Below are positions 38,352 to 52,595 of a stretch of DNA of 64,000 nt, piece after piece. The notes beneath the pieces are model-generated. The model did no database searches and was not told where the DNA came from. It was given only the letters and a program-made list of their open reading frames with translations. A program made the position numbers and the translations under genes. The stretch lies in assembly GCA_965112155.1 (NCBI GenBank), contig OZ218105.1. One strand, given 5' to 3'. The number at the start of each line of letters is the position of its first letter. The first letter of the stretch is position 1. The stretch comes from Podarcis liolepis. Its lineage: Eukaryota.

Positions 38352-39054
38352 CAAACAATGAGGTCAGACAATCTCCTTCCTACCAGAAGTCACTCACCTG
38401 TTATTTAGAGCGTTATCAGGTGCTTTTTTTTTTTTGCTTTTTTGTATGTGTGTCTGTGTGGGGAGAGACTTGCATCATTGAAAAATGGGGCTCTGACAGG
38501 CTACTCTGTTAAAACGAATACAGACACACACCAAACAAAACCTGCAGAGCTCTGACGGACAAAGATCATCCTCGAGACAATAACCTCGTCAGTTGTCAAA
38601 GAAGCTATATTTTCACTTGCTTCATGGGGGATTTGTTTTACGGACTTTCCTTTAAGGTAGTAAGCAGCCACGACACAAACATAAAAGCCTTGACAGGTCC
38701 AGCAGCAAAAGTATATAAAACCACATGCATGAGATCTGCCATTAAGGAAGGTTTCCATTGTGAGTTATGTTGACTTTCTTGTTTCTGTTGCTGCTTTCAT
38801 TGATGTATACAGTGAATGCCATGTGATTTTACGCAGCCTGGTTGTATGCATGCTTACTCAGACACAAGGCTAGTTCAGATCAGTGGGGCTTGCTTTCAGG
38901 TAACAGTGCACAGGGTTGCAGCCCAAATTGCCAAACTAGGCAAGCATTTGCATTTCACCTGGTTTTATTTATTCGTCACATTTGTCTCCCGGTCTTCTTC
39001 CAAAGGTGCATGTGGAGCTTTCCAGTTTCTGTTCACAACAACTCTGGGAGGAGC

Positions 39055-39102
39055 TGAATTGAAAGCAGGGATTTGAATTGAAAGCAGGGATTTGAATTGA
39101 AA
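39055..39102. repeat. 19-bp tandem duplication (x2.5)
   Basis: Unit tgaattgaaagcagggatt. Confidence 0.9.
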
Positions 39103-40484
39103 ACTTCAAAGACAAATACAAAACTCTGTACTACGTGTGCATTCGTAAATGCTATCCCATGCTACTGTAAAGTGAAGAAAGAATATGGAAGACGATGCCT
39201 TTATTACCCTAGCCAACAATTTATGTCCCCTTCAAATCTGAAGAAAATTGGGGGGGACCAACATATATATATATATATAATATGAGTGGGAAATACTTCC
39301 ACTTAACCCCAGTAATGGAATTGACCTATGTGTCAACATAGTCAAACTGGTTTTTAAGTGTGCATGAGAATGCAAAAGCACAAATGGATAATGCCCCCCT
39401 TTTTTTGCCTAAATGCAAGGCTAATGTATACAGAACTGTGGCATGTACTTGGAGACCGAAGGGAGCACTATGCAAGCAGATCTTCCAGGCAAGCAGATGT
39501 GGCAAGGGAAGATATGTGGCTAGGAGTGGGAATGTGCTGCTCTGCTTTGCAGGAGCAGACAAGGGAATGATGTTCAGGGGAGCTGCTCTCCCTGTCTGAG
39601 GCCACAGATCAAAATGAGCCAAAGCTTCTTCCAGCCATAAAATGTAAGTGGTCTTAAGTCTGACATCTTGGACACTTCCAGGTCTAGACATGAGTGGCGA
39701 GTCCCATTAGCAAAGTGGTCTTCTCTGCGTCCCAGTGATATAACACTCCTATTCATAGCTCCGCCAAATGTGATATAGAGGACTTTAAAGTTTGACATTT
39801 TTATTCAAGGAAAGCTATTACTGACCTAGGACTGCTTCTTGCCTGGAGAGCAATTCCACGTCTTTGGAGCAGACATTTCCTTGACAGGTAGGTTTTAATG
39901 GTGGCTATCAGAAGATACATGGGAGGATTCTGTGAGACGTGTGTGTACTCTACGGGCAGGGAGGGAGATGATGTGGTCCTGCAAGTCTTACGAGGTAAGC
40001 TGTCCACACCTGCCCCTGCCACTAAAAACAAAACCTCTGTTACTTTCCGTATTGCCATGCTTTTTGAAGCTGTAACAGAGGGATTGGAGGGGGGACAAAC
40101 AAAGGCATAGTGGTGCAAAATAAAGGCAATGCCTCGTTTCTTGTCTGCTTTCTCGATTTGGAAAGGCAAGAGGCAGTGGTGTGAGAGAGATGTGAGAAGG
40201 AAGGAATCATCTTCCATTTTATTCCCTCCAGATACCCATTCCTGCCTCACCACGCTGGGAGCGGCTGCTGCAGCTCTGACATGGCCAGGGTGGGGGCTGG
40301 GTTCCCCCTCTTTCCTTGGAGGTGCCTGTGTGGCCCTTTAGCCAATCATGAGTGTGTGAGGTGGTGGGGCTTGGGAGCAGACCTAAGAGAGAACTGTTTC
40401 CTTCTGATCTCACTGGTGTTCTTCAAGCAGAGGCTCGATTGCATTTCTTGAGGGATGCTCTTGATTTCCTGCATTGAGCAGGGA

Positions 40485-41002
40485 CATAGCTGTAAACCGT
40501 CCCTTATTTGGCGGGAAAGTCCCTTATCCCAGTGCTGTGTCCCACTGCTGTCCCTTATTGATGATGTCCCTTAAATTTCCCGGGTTTCAAAGTAAGCAGC
40601 TCCTCTCCCTCCCTCCCTGTTGGCCAGGGAGGAGAGAGGCTCCAACTGTGTTGCTTGGCTGTGTTGCTCACCCAGTAAGGAGTCTAAGAACGACTGGGGG
40701 GTGGAGCTTGCATGGCTTGTGCCGATCAAATCGGCCGCATTGCCTGGGGACTCGCCTTTGCTCAGTGCTTCCCAGCGGAGAGATGACGGTGGTTTTCCTT
40801 GCTGCATCCCCTTTGCCGGGTTGCTGCGCTGTGGGAACCACCGCTTGAGGCTTTGTTTTGCTGCTGGCTGAGTTTTCTGCCTTTGGCTTGGAGGGGCTCA
40901 GAAGTTGAACATGTTCTTGGAAAATCCCTTATTTTGGCTGCTGATCCCATATTTTCGAGGCTGCTGGTCCCTTATTTTCAAATCTGTAAGTTGACAGCTA
41001 TG
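40485..41002. mobile_element. hAT non-autonomous element
   Basis: TIR catagctgtaaac / gttgacagctatg; 8-bp TSD agcaggga/agcagggg. Confidence 0.85.
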
Positions 41003-41016
41003 AGCAGGGGCTAGAC

Positions 41017-41139
41017 TAAGGTTACCAGATTTTTTCCAATGAATTCAGCGACACTTTTCAACTTCAATGCATTTTGTATGGAGACCGGTTTGTAAATCTG
41101 GGGACTGTCCCCGGGAAACAGGGACATCTGGTAACCTTA
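41017..41139. mobile_element. hAT (Blackjack-like) MITE
   Basis: Perfect 14-bp TIR taaggttaccagat; TSD ggctagac/ggccagac. Confidence 0.88.
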
Positions 41140-42696
41140 GGCCAGACTAGATTGTTTCCAAAGCCCCTCTCCAATTCTAAGATTATACAAATACCCAGAA
41201 TTTCCAGTGGGTCACATGGTGATATGCTTGGTCCTTTTCACTCTAAGGAGCCCATAAATGAAGCTGGTTGCTGACCCCTGGCATCGATGCACTTTGATAG
41301 CTGCTGTTTCAGGTTGTGGCACACAAGATCTCAGTTCACCTGAGCAGATTTTACATGTTGAAAGCCAGTAATTTAATTTTTTCCTCCAATGAATTACATA
41401 TTTGAATTTGTCTTGTGCATTACAGCACGTCCTGCTGGTACCTAGTTTTTTGCAAGTATTTCAATACATGCTGTGTTGTGCAATGAGTATGCAATGAACT
41501 CTTGTGTTGACTTCAGAATGTTTTGGAAAACAGTAATTTGAATGAGGTTTTTTTGAATGATATGGACCAATGCTATATTTTTTGGAAAGCTGGATGTGAA
41601 GACCCATGCTTCAGTGCCACAGATTGTATATAATGGTTTCCAGGCCACCATTTTAATATTCTTTTCAATACAGAAGATCAGTGGCGCACAGGGGGAAAGT
41701 AGAGAAGGACTGATAGCCTCATGTGTGTTTGGAATGTGCAAAGACATTATCTGAAAGAAAATGCAGCATTGCAAGGAAGATAAAATGAAGCCATTGTTTG
41801 CAGTAGGGATCACTCCTTAGTAGGCTAGGAAATTGTACCCAAACCATACTATCTACAGAAAGCAGGCCTGACCCATTTGAGCTACTGAGATGATGAAACC
41901 TCAGTCTATGTTAGTAGCAGATCCACCTCAATTAAACTAGGATAAAGATGGAAGAAACAGCAATACTGCAGAAACACTGAATTCCTCGTAGTTTCCTCCA
42001 TTACAAAATAGGTTTAATAATTCTTTCTGTGTGAAACCCTGATAGAAATAGCTGAAGGAATGCGCTTAATTAGAGCACTAATGGCTCACTCCTATGCAAA
42101 ATTACTTGGAAATAAGTCCCACTAGGCTTAATGGGACATATTTCTATGTAAACATGCATAAGAGAGGAGTGCATTGTTACTAATTCAGATGGTTTTCTGG
42201 ACATCATTATTTTTGCTGCCTGGTGGAATTTCTCAGGCAACACTCTTGCTTTCTAAATAAAATAAAGCAAAAGCATTCCAATTTGCATAACTAGTAGGCA
42301 CCTTTACAATACCTGCAGCTTGGGCTAAGAGTGCTACAGTGATCTGATATATGATCCTCCCTCCCTCCCTCCCTCCCTCCCTCCCTTCTTCCCTTCCTTC
42401 ATAATTTTCTAGGTCTTGTGTTGTCTGACTTGTGCAATGTTCATTTTGTCTTATGACTGCAGTGCAGACAATTGTGGTTTAGTACTACTGCACGGGACTC
42501 TTCGGTGTGTGGTCTTCTCAAACCAAACACCTACAGCAAGTATGAATGAGCAGAAAATGAGAAAAGTGGAAATTTTGTGGAACTGAAATGTACAATGTGC
42601 CTGAGCAGAATGAAGGATCCATGCACAAGTGTGTACTGTTAATTCAGGCCACCTGCCTATCAAAATTGACCCAACCTAGAATTTCAGTCGTGGTTT

Positions 42697-43230
42697 TGTT
42701 GTGCGCCACCCCAATCACCAAGCAGTGTGAGATTCCAGGGGTTCCAAGCATTTACCCAGGCTTCATGTTTCCTGGGAATGAGGGGCAGTGGAGACTGTGG
42801 TGTCTTTATGATATATGGTTTATTTACACATATATACAACCTGAGCTTACAATGGAGAAGTTCACAGCACCCAATAAGGTCTTCCTCCCCCATAACCACA
42901 ACCTTGGGTTGAAACAGAAATCAGACATTGCTCTGACTCTCTCTGGCTTCCCTGTTGGCAGCTTTTTTCCAGCTTCTAGTTCACATCACTCAACTCTCCT
43001 TTCTGGCCTTCCCCCGCCATAATAATAATAATAATAATAATAACTATTATTTATACCCAGCCACTCTGGGCAGCTTCCAACTACCAGCTAGTTGAGGGAG
43101 GGGGTCCACCCATTTTCCGTCTGGCACAGATCCACTTCCTTTCTTCCCTTAATGGCCCATTGCCTAGGCTATCACCTCACCAGGAAGCTAGACTGGCTTA
43201 TATTTTAACACTTGCTGGATCCAGGAGTCA
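42697..43230 (-). mobile_element. LTR-like repeat, copy 1
   Basis: Aligns with 58099-58609 (gagactgtg.tgtctttatga.atatggtttatttacaca ... aacacttgctggatcca). AATAAA is on the minus strand. Ends are approximate. Confidence 0.6.
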
Positions 43231-43549
43231 GAAGACCCATTGAATCAATGGAGATGAGACCATCCTGTGCTTAACTTTGCCACTGGAAGTAATGGAGCCG
43301 CAGTATCTTTTAAACTGGCTGTGCTGTACTCTTACTAAGCAGCAAATGTGCCAAGATAGCAGCAGTTGGGTGGTCCAAATTTTGTAGAGAGCTGTCCAAA
43401 GCTGCCAATCAGCTGAGCAACATATTGACACATTGGCCCGATGTCATTGGTGTGGCACTATCACAAAGCTTTCGTCTGGAATTGCATTTATTTGTGTCTA
43501 AGATCCATAGGCTGAAACAAATGTTTCAGGAGCAAGTGCATTTGTTTAT

Positions 43550-43594
<45 letters not shown>

Positions 43595-43964
43595 AGGCAT
43601 GCCTTTAAAGAGGGAACTCATTTTGTATGATTAGAGAGTCTGCATTCACCCCCCCCCCACTAATCTGTTTGCCTTCTTTCTAGGTGATTTCATTTCTTCT
43701 CCTCCTCAAGCATTATTCAGCCTGACGGCTGCCTTTAAATCCACACTATAGTAACCTAGCTGAAAAGAACCTGGAAAAATAAGCTAAGACAGCCAGACAA
43801 AGGGAGGTGTAGGGGAGCAGGGAGAAACCAAGATGAGAAGAAAAAGAAAGGTAAGATAATTTGGTGGGTAATTTTATCCTTTGGATCTAGCAGGGTTGTA
43901 GTTTGCATTGTTTGCCATTATATTTTTACTCTCTAGACAACTTGAGCCCAGTATTTAGTTTCGT

Positions 43965-44024
43965 TTCCTTCCTTCCTTCCTTCCTTCCTTCCTTCCTTCC
44001 TTCCTTCCTTCCTTCCTTCCTTCC
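43965..44024. repeat. (TTCC)n microsatellite
   Basis: Tetranucleotide run; a (GGAA)n run also lies at ~48490-48540. Confidence 0.95.
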
Positions 44025-44441
44025 TAGACTACTAGTTGCCACACGCTGCAGTGAGCTGTCAGTATAAACCTGAAAGACATGTCAAGGCTCATGGATTCCC
44101 TTGTGAAAGCAAACGGATGATCTCTGCATCATTTATCAAGTGCTGCAGGTTGGTCCAGGTAGGGCAAAGCCACATGGGGGTGGGGCGGGTTCCATGAATT
44201 CAGAAGGTATTAGGTTTCCCATTCCTAACTCTCTCTGAAATGTGGCTGTTCTTTTTCTTTGGGGTGGAGTGGAAGAGCAGTGCCCCCTCCCCCAGCTAAA
44301 GTCATTTCTCAAAGCTGTAGATTTTAGGTGAGTGGACAGTTACCTTCTGCACTGGTACCCCTCAGACCTGCTCAGAACTACTGCAAGCAACCTTTCATTC
44401 TATCCCTGGACCTTCGTGTGTCTCTGCTTCCAAGTCCAATC

Positions 44442-44489
<48 letters not shown>

Positions 44490-45087
44490 CCTTTAAAGTA
44501 CATTTGACACACATTCTTTCCCCTGAAGAATTCTAGGCACTGTAGTTTACACTCACAAAGTTCCTAGCAACCCTTAACAAACTACAGCGCCCAGAATTCT
44601 TTGTGTGGAAAAATGTGCTTTGAATGTGCTTTAAAGGGATAGTATACACAGCTGAAGACATTTTGCTGCCTAAGGCAGAAGAGCAAAGGACGTTCTCTGC
44701 CCACCCTGGGCAAGTCACAATGCATAGTAACTAACCCTTAGAAAATTCCGCAAGGACCTCTTTTCCTCACTGGCAATAATGGTGGACTCCAACTCCCATC
44801 ATCCCCAACCGACAAGGCCAATAGTCAGAGATGATATAGTCCAACCACATCTGGAGGGCCACAGATTCCCCATCCCTGGCCCAAGGCTTTGGAGAGCCAT
44901 TGCAAATCAGTGTAAACTGGAGTCACCAAATGTGCTGCTGGAGTCCAACTCCCATCAGCCCCTGCCAGCGTAGCCAAAGGTCAGGGATAATGGGAAATGC
45001 ACTCCCATGGCTACCACTCTTGTAGGCAGTGCTAGGCTACAGGGACCAAGGATCTGACTCAGTAAATGGCAAGTTCATAAACATCTA

Positions 45088-45329
45088 CAGTGGTACCTCG
45101 GGTTAAGTAGTTAATTCATTCCGGAGGTCCGTTCTTAACCTGAAACTGTTCTTAACCTGAAGCACCACTTTAGCTAATGGGGCCTCCTGCTGCCGCTGCA
45201 CCACTGGAGCACGATTTCTGTTCTCATCCTGAAGCAAAGTTCTTAACCCAAGGTACTATTTCTGGGTTAGCGGAGTCTGTAACTTGAAGCATATGTAACC
45301 TGAAGTGTATGTAACCCGAGGTACCACTG
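45088..45329. mobile_element. pogo/Tigger-like MITE, same subfamily as 1754
   Basis: Same TIR and TA TSD; near-identical interior. Confidence 0.9.
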
Positions 45330-46230
45330 TATTGGTCAAGCACACAGTACAGCTCTGGAAAGGTTATATAAGCATCTAGTTACACTCACCCAAAATCGTC
45401 CTTACTTTTCTGCTTCCTTTCCCCAAATTGTCTCTTTTATTTGGAAGTTGTTTCTCAAAGAGATTATAACAGATTAGGAGTCATAATATAATATAATATT
45501 AATAATCTAAAATCTAAATACATGTCTTAAACCCTTCACTGAAGGTGCTGGGCTTCTGAGTGCTTGTCTAACATTAGAACCATTTCTGGTAATAAGGAAA
45601 GGATATTGATATAGTTTGGGGTTCAGTCTTTTTGACATTAAAAACCACAAAACCCCAGAGTTGAGTCATATCTAAAGAGGCATGAATTTGTATACATCAT
45701 TAATGGTTCAAGGAGTTGTTCGTGCGACACTGAAAGTAGACATTTCTCCACATCCTGATATTTGGATAAGCGAGTTACTCGTTTTAGCTATATGAGGATG
45801 ATGATTATTAAAGCTATTCTATAGAAATATTCAAGCTAATTGGCAAGTTTCTTGAAATGTCTTGCACTTAGGGGTATAAAGAAATGAATGGGATTCTGAT
45901 GCTTGGACAGATAATAATTTCTCTTTCCTTCCCCTCTCTCTCTCCCTCTCACCGCTGAGTTGTTGAGCCTCAACACTCAATGTTTGGTGGGTGGGATGGA
46001 GGACATTTTTTATTTACATTTCCTACAATGAAACTAACATTCCTTAATCTTATTTCCTGTAATGAGGCCATTAAGGTTTTTCCCTGAGGTACTTTTATCT
46101 CAGCATTATCTCAACACTGATCTACAGGGGCAGACTTGGATAATATGGGGCCCTGATCTGGGGCAGAATTTGGTGCCCTCCCCCCAATATTTCTTATTTG
46201 CACAATAATTCATTCTGGTACAGTTGCTTT

Positions 46231-46231
<1 letters not shown>

Positions 46232-46280
<49 letters not shown>

Positions 46281-46299
46281 TATTATTATTATTATTATT
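46232..46299. repeat. (AAT)n/(ATT)n inverted microsatellite
   Basis: An AAT run abuts a TTA run. Confidence 0.95.
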
Positions 46300-49018
46300 T
46301 ATACCCCACCCTTCCTGGCCAAGACCAGGCTCAGGGCGGCTAACACCGAATATACATACAGTAAAAACATTTAAAAACAAACAAACAAAAAAAAACCCAG
46401 TTGATTAAAATATAAATATAAAATAATTTTAAATTGATTTTATCAGTAGTATAAATACAGCATAGGGATGATGATGATGATGATGTGCCCCCTCAGCTCG
46501 GCACCCTGTGCGGGGGAACTGCCCACACAGTTGTCATTTGGCATTGCTGATCAATATTGTTAAACAGACTGACAGTGTCTTTCAAGACTTTCACGTAGGG
46601 TCCACTTCCAGCCCAACTGGAAAATGCTGGACATTGAACCTGAGACTTTTACTCAGCAGATGCTCTACTATTCAGCTACAGTGGAGCGGGAGAGAAGGAT
46701 ATGTCAGTGTTCTGGTAAGGGAAGGTGCTGATATGTCAAAGCCCCTTTGTTTCCTCAACATGCTCACAGAAATGATACATAATTTGGGAAATGGGGGGAG
46801 CTGTCCTCTGCACCTCCTACCATGCCCACAGCAAAATGGCAGGGCAGTGTGTATGGGGGAAGCTCTGCCAGCAGAGTTTTCCCGTTTCCACCATAAATAT
46901 GCAGTCAGATTGCTCAGTAGGCTTGCGACGCCATGCACATTTACCTGGAAGCAAGTACCTGGAAGCAAGTGGGTCTTGGTTCTGGGTAGACCTGTTCACA
47001 TCAACTGAAAGGCAGGTAGCCCTAGAAAATTCAGGATTAGTTTGCACTATGAGGGGGAGAACATCCCACCATCAAAAGGCACCTTCTAACAACCCCCGAC
47101 TGATCTGTCTTCCCTATGTTTGTATTTTTAGAGTTGCATCTATTTATTTTGCTGACTAAAAATAATGGCCTCTCCTACTTTTCTAAGCGTTGCAAAGCCA
47201 ATAAAGTCCTTGGAGACTCAGCTAGATTGTGTTCCGGTTTTGTTTGCCCTCTACGGGATTATTAATTAGCAGGGAATCAAAGAGCCGTGATTGCTGAAGA
47301 CGAACGGGCCAGAAAGAACTCAGTGTCTCTTTTGGATCTCATGCTTCAACTAGCAAGCTGGGACTTGTGGAATTGATGTTCTTACCAAAGGATAGAGCAC
47401 GTTCAATCTGGAGACACTGAGAGATAACAGCACAGTATCTCAGAACACCTTTTTTTAACAACCGCATTCTGGAACAGCACATCCATGTTGTGTGTTCAAA
47501 ATGTAGAGTCTATGGCTATGTAACCTTCAGCTCTGATAGTGTAACACTATGCTTTTTTAAAAAATAATTTCTTTTAGTGGTGGTTGCCCATAGATAAAGC
47601 TGTGTACAGGAGCTCAGTGTTCCTGAGAAATTTCAAGGAGGTCCTTGAGATACAATTTTAGAACCCACTCTAGAAAGTAGCAAAGTCAGTCGTGAAAATT
47701 TCCATGGACAAACTGGAGTGGTAGTAAAATATTGATAGCATATTTTAAATTATACCTAAATATAAATTTCAGTTTGCTCAGTTCTGAATCTGCTGCCTGG
47801 TTTCCAACTTGCAGAATTCCTAAATTGGTTGTTGGTTAAATCAGGGTTTTGTTATTTCTTGATGGAATACATGGTTTAATTGATTTTTTAACACGTACAT
47901 TTGAGATGAAGGTGCCTTCCTATTTCCTAAGAACAGAGATTTGAACATATTTCTCCAGGAGGCTCCTTTGGGGAGATATTGGTGTCTTCCACTGTCTTGC
48001 CCACAGATGAAAACTCCTTGGCTCCTCGTGCTGCGCTATGGTCTCCAGCCTCTGCTGGCAGCTTGGCAAGCCACTGTGATGGATTTATCTGATAACTGGA
48101 AGTTGTCAAGTCAAACAAAGCATATTCAAAGGCAGAAATTCACTATGTACACACCGCAAGTGCTGGGACATTCTTTGGGGGGAGCGCAGGCTATGCGACC
48201 TTCTCCTAGTGCCATGCACTCTTTCTTCCCTTGTTCCAGCCACTGTCATATTCAGGTATGCAATGGCTTGTGATACCCATGCTAAGTTCTGATTTGGCAA
48301 TTTTGCGGAGCCAAGACAAAGGCTTATGTAGTAGTTGCTAGGCAACAGGAAGGGACCTTCAGGAGCTGATTGGTTGGTTCCCTCTTCTGGAGGACAAATG
48401 CCCCATTTGCTTTCTAAGTGAGTTGGCCTTGGGCTGACGCATAGTGATATGAGATATGAGCTAAGTATTCAGCAGCTTGGGGGAGAAAGAAGGAAGGAAG
48501 GAAGGAAGGAAGGAAGGAAGGAAGGAAGGAAGGAAGGAAGGGGACCATTAGCTAGGTGTTCTTTCAAAATGCCATCACATTTCTTCTGGTCTCAGCAAAG
48601 TATGGAAATTCTATAAAAGTAGTTTAACGATAAGTGCTTGCTAAGTGGCTTCCAAACTAATCATATATCTCCTCGAGATTTTTTTCTTTTTATTATTTCT
48701 CTGCAGTTCATTCCATTAGTAGATTACATGTTTGCTTATTCTGGGCTAGGAAATTTGATCTTTGCAAGAAAAATCAATGAGTGGCTTTTCTGTTATTTAG
48801 CATAACGTCAATAAAAGGTGTACAATAGCATAAGGATTACAGAAAGTCTTTCTGCACTCACTGACTCAGAAGACTAATCAATAGTTCCAAAAAAAGGCAG
48901 CAGGGTGTCGGGTTGGCTGCCTATTGGTGTCAGATTCAAACTCGCTATTAGCTTGAAATATCTCCCTCTTTACAATATTGTTGCTCCTATGTGGGGGCAT
49001 AGCAAGAGCATTCCTATA

Positions 49019-49259
49019 CAGTGGTACCTTGGTTTAAGAACAGTCCAGTTTAAGAACGATTCGGTCTACAAACTCCGCAAAACCGGAAATAGTGTCTTGG
49101 TTTGAGAACTTTACCTTGGTCTAAGAACGGAATCCGAACGGTGGAAGGGCATTGGCGGCGGGAGGCCTCATTAGAGAAAACGCGCCTCGGTTTAAGAACA
49201 GTTTCGGTTTAAGAATGGACTTCAGGAACGGGATAAGTTTGTAAACCAAGGTACCACTG
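49019..49259. mobile_element. pogo/Tigger-like MITE, different interior
   Basis: CAGTGGTACCTTGGTTTA / TAAACCAAGGTACCACTG with TA TSD. Confidence 0.9.
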
Positions 49260-51985
49260 TATTAAAGTGTTCCAGTTCTAAGTCTGACTTAGCCTAATGT
49301 ATCCCCATCCACAAGCCACATGCTGTTGATTCCAATGGCCTCCTCTGAGTGCAGGCACTTTGAGCAGAAAGAGCAACCTCAAAGTGATGCAAGGACAGGA
49401 CTCAGTCACTGAGTCCTGTCGCCAAGGCAGGCTCTGACGCGGCATTTCCTATCCCCCTTCCTTCTTCCTATCAAACGAGCCATCTACAGTGACAAGTGTT
49501 CTCACTGAGCCTTTCCTTCTTCTCTTTCAGGGAAGCGTTATGGGGGCTAAAGACTTAATCTCACTGCTGATCCTACATTTCTGTATCCATCACTCTTCCC
49601 TGCCCCCTCTGGCTGCTTCGGCAGCTGCCCTGCCAACACCGCTGCAACTATTCTCTTAACAGATTATTTTATCAGGGACAAAAATATGATTAAAAAAAGG
49701 CAGCCAGGCAGCCTCTCTGTTCACACCAGTGCCGGTGGACATGTGATTGTGCTATATGGCACAAAAGAGAGAGGAAGCTGAGTACGTTCTGGCTCTGTTT
49801 TTCTTTAATTTGCTTCCACCACATGATAATGGTGGCTGAGGAGGTGCAGCTGCAAACCTCATGCAGTTGTGTCAGGCCATATCTAGGTTTCAGAGTGTGT
49901 GGGCAGGTCTTGGCAAGTGCTCTCCTATAGACCTCTGTCCTTTGTTGGTGGGCCCACCTGGCAGCAGCAAACCAGCACCACCATTTTATGGCAATGCCCT
50001 GGAGTGATCTTGCATTGGGGGGCATTGTTGGCTGAGACTCAGCTGCCAAGTGCAGGGGTATTTGAGCTGGTGTCAGTGCCAACAAGCCCTGCCAGGATGT
50101 TGTGACTTGAAGATGCCTAGGTGCCAACACTGGGCCCTGCCACAGGGTATTGGTGAAAGGAAAAGGAAAGACTTTGGGGGTAAATAAACAAACGTTTCAA
50201 TGCTGTGATGTAGACAAAGTTGCATCTTGTGCCCATGGAAATCTTGGAGACTGTTGCTTAAAGCGCTATCCAGTTTCCCAGGCACAATATATGTGGAGGA
50301 ATATATTGCACCAAAAATGCAAATGTACAAAATCGTCAAATGCAAAAATAAATAAATCCCTATTTATGTGGTTACTGCTTTTTCAAGGAACACTTGAGGG
50401 GTGTGGGGAGGGGAACGCTTCACAATAAACTGATTAAAAACACAGCAATTGTTTTAAAACAAGAGATGAACAAGGCAAACAGAAGAGGGTATAATTCATC
50501 TGCTGTAGAAAGGAATCCAATCTGCAGTATAATGTCACACTATAAGTACCCAGAAACTTGACTTTGGCTCACATGGACTTAATGGGGAAGATCAATGAAC
50601 ATTAAGGATGCTTGACTTAGTTCTTTGCAAATTCCAGTTAAGAGCTGGCTATGAGCAGCAGCAGATGGACTAATGTGTGCAGATTGCAACACATCTATCC
50701 TTCAGATTTTGTACTTCTCTGAACTTTGCAATGCAGTTCTTGGCTTTAACAAAGATGTACTGTACTAAAATGTATATAAAATACATTTACATATACATTT
50801 TTATACTGCTTGATTGTAGGGGGGGGGAAACCCCTCAAAGTCGTTTGAAATAGTTACTTTGAAAGAAAATGCATACTTTCATAAATGTATTTTCCAAGAC
50901 AAAACGTTTACATAGTACTTACTTAATTGGTAGTAGCCCACCTTTCTCACCTTAACAATATGGCCAGGATCTGTTTCTGATGTCCAAATTAGCTTTCCCA
51001 AATAACTGCTTTCCCAAATTACTGTTCATGTCAGTAGTCTAATTGCATTAGGAGCGGGAAATAGGAGCAGCAACCCCTTGTGCAAGATTGTATGTTCCCT
51101 TCCGTTAGCTAGAAAAATCGCAGCAGGAATAGAAAGTTGCTTCACGTTACACAGCTCAGATGAATAGACTGCTCATGCAAGCAGAGATTTGTGGCAGCAA
51201 AGGCTGATCTGATCATTGGAAGTGACTCAGACTTCGGTTCAAGGAGCCAAATCTTTTATGGAATATAAAGTTCAGAACACTACTGAAGAGTATTAATTTT
51301 GCAATTTGCAACAAGAGGAGCTGAAAATGAAATGCACACGCGCGTCTACAGGCAAGGGAAAACAAAGCGAGACTTCCCATGCTACTTCCATCAGGTCACT
51401 TGAGTGCTGATATACAAGGGGCATTTTAGAATAAAGACATTTCTCTGACAGCACATACAAATGAAACAAAAATTGGCCTGAGGCTGGGATGCCAGAATCT
51501 AAACAGAGAACAAGGACTTGGCAAAGATGCTAGCTTAATACACCAGAGAAATAGAGCTAGGATAATTTGCAGTGTGGGTGCTGAAAAGATGAAAGGGGGA
51601 AGGTATAACAAACCCTAGGAACTAAAATAGGCTTTATAGGCTGCAAAACGTGCCCCATAAACATGCCTCATAGCAAGTGAACTAAAGGATGACAACTAAC
51701 TGTAGCATTGTAAAGGGTTTTATAAGATACTTTCCCAGCCAACATTCTCCTGAAACAAAAAGGTATGAACTTTTTCAGCAGGCAGGTGAGCAAAATCCTG
51801 CAAAACCCAAAGAGTAAGACTTGGTCCGTTCGCATTTCAAACCTGATAGCCCAGAGAGAAATATATCAGTGTGGGAGGCTTGCTTGGAAAGGGCAAGGAA
51901 GTTGCAAAAAAGGAATTCAGTGAGCGAATGGCAGGGTGCAGCATATTCCAAAAGGTTTGATACCTGCTTTTGGGTATGTTGTAAG

Positions 51986-52595
51986 CAGGGGCAAAGGAAG
52001 AAGAAGAAGAAGAGTTTGGATTTGATATCCCGCCTTTCACTCCCTTTAAGGAGTCTCAAAGTGGCTAAGATTCTCCTTTCCCTTCCTCCCCCACAACAAA
52101 CACTCTGTGAGGTGAGTGGGGCTGAGAGACTTCAAAGAAGTGTGACTGGCCCAAGGTCACCCAGCAGCTGCATGTGGAGGAGCGGAGACGCGAACCCGGT
52201 TCCCCAGATTACGAGACTACCGCTCTTAACCACTACACCACACTGGCTCTCCGGCACCTGGTGTGGGGTGTTGAGGGGTGGGGCGAACCACCCACAGGGG
52301 CGCTGCTATGTATGGCAGACACGCATGCCCCATACGTAGCGGCACCGTACATGTGCCGTACAGATGGCGGCGGGATCCATTGCTCACAGCTGCAGTGGTG
52401 GCAGCGCAGTCCTCTGCTCACAGCGATGGCAAGATCCCCTGCTTGAGGCTGCAGTGGTGGCAGCACAGTCCTCCGCTCGTGGCAGTGGCTGGATCCTCCG
52501 TACATGGCTGTGGGGCGAGCCCCCCGCGGAGTGCCTTCTTGTCACCCCCCTCAGAGATGGCACCCGGGGTGGACCACCCCCTCCTTCCGCCACTG
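51986..52595. mobile_element. hAT (Tip100-like) element with a Squam3 SINE (51997-52251, -) inserted at its left end
   Basis: Perfect 8-bp TSD gttgtaag; right TIR cttccgccactg; internal ~58-bp tandem units at ~52374-52495. Confidence 0.8.

Noticed and set aside
38107-38512. ORFs spanning the N run
   Set aside because: Artefacts of the assembly gap.
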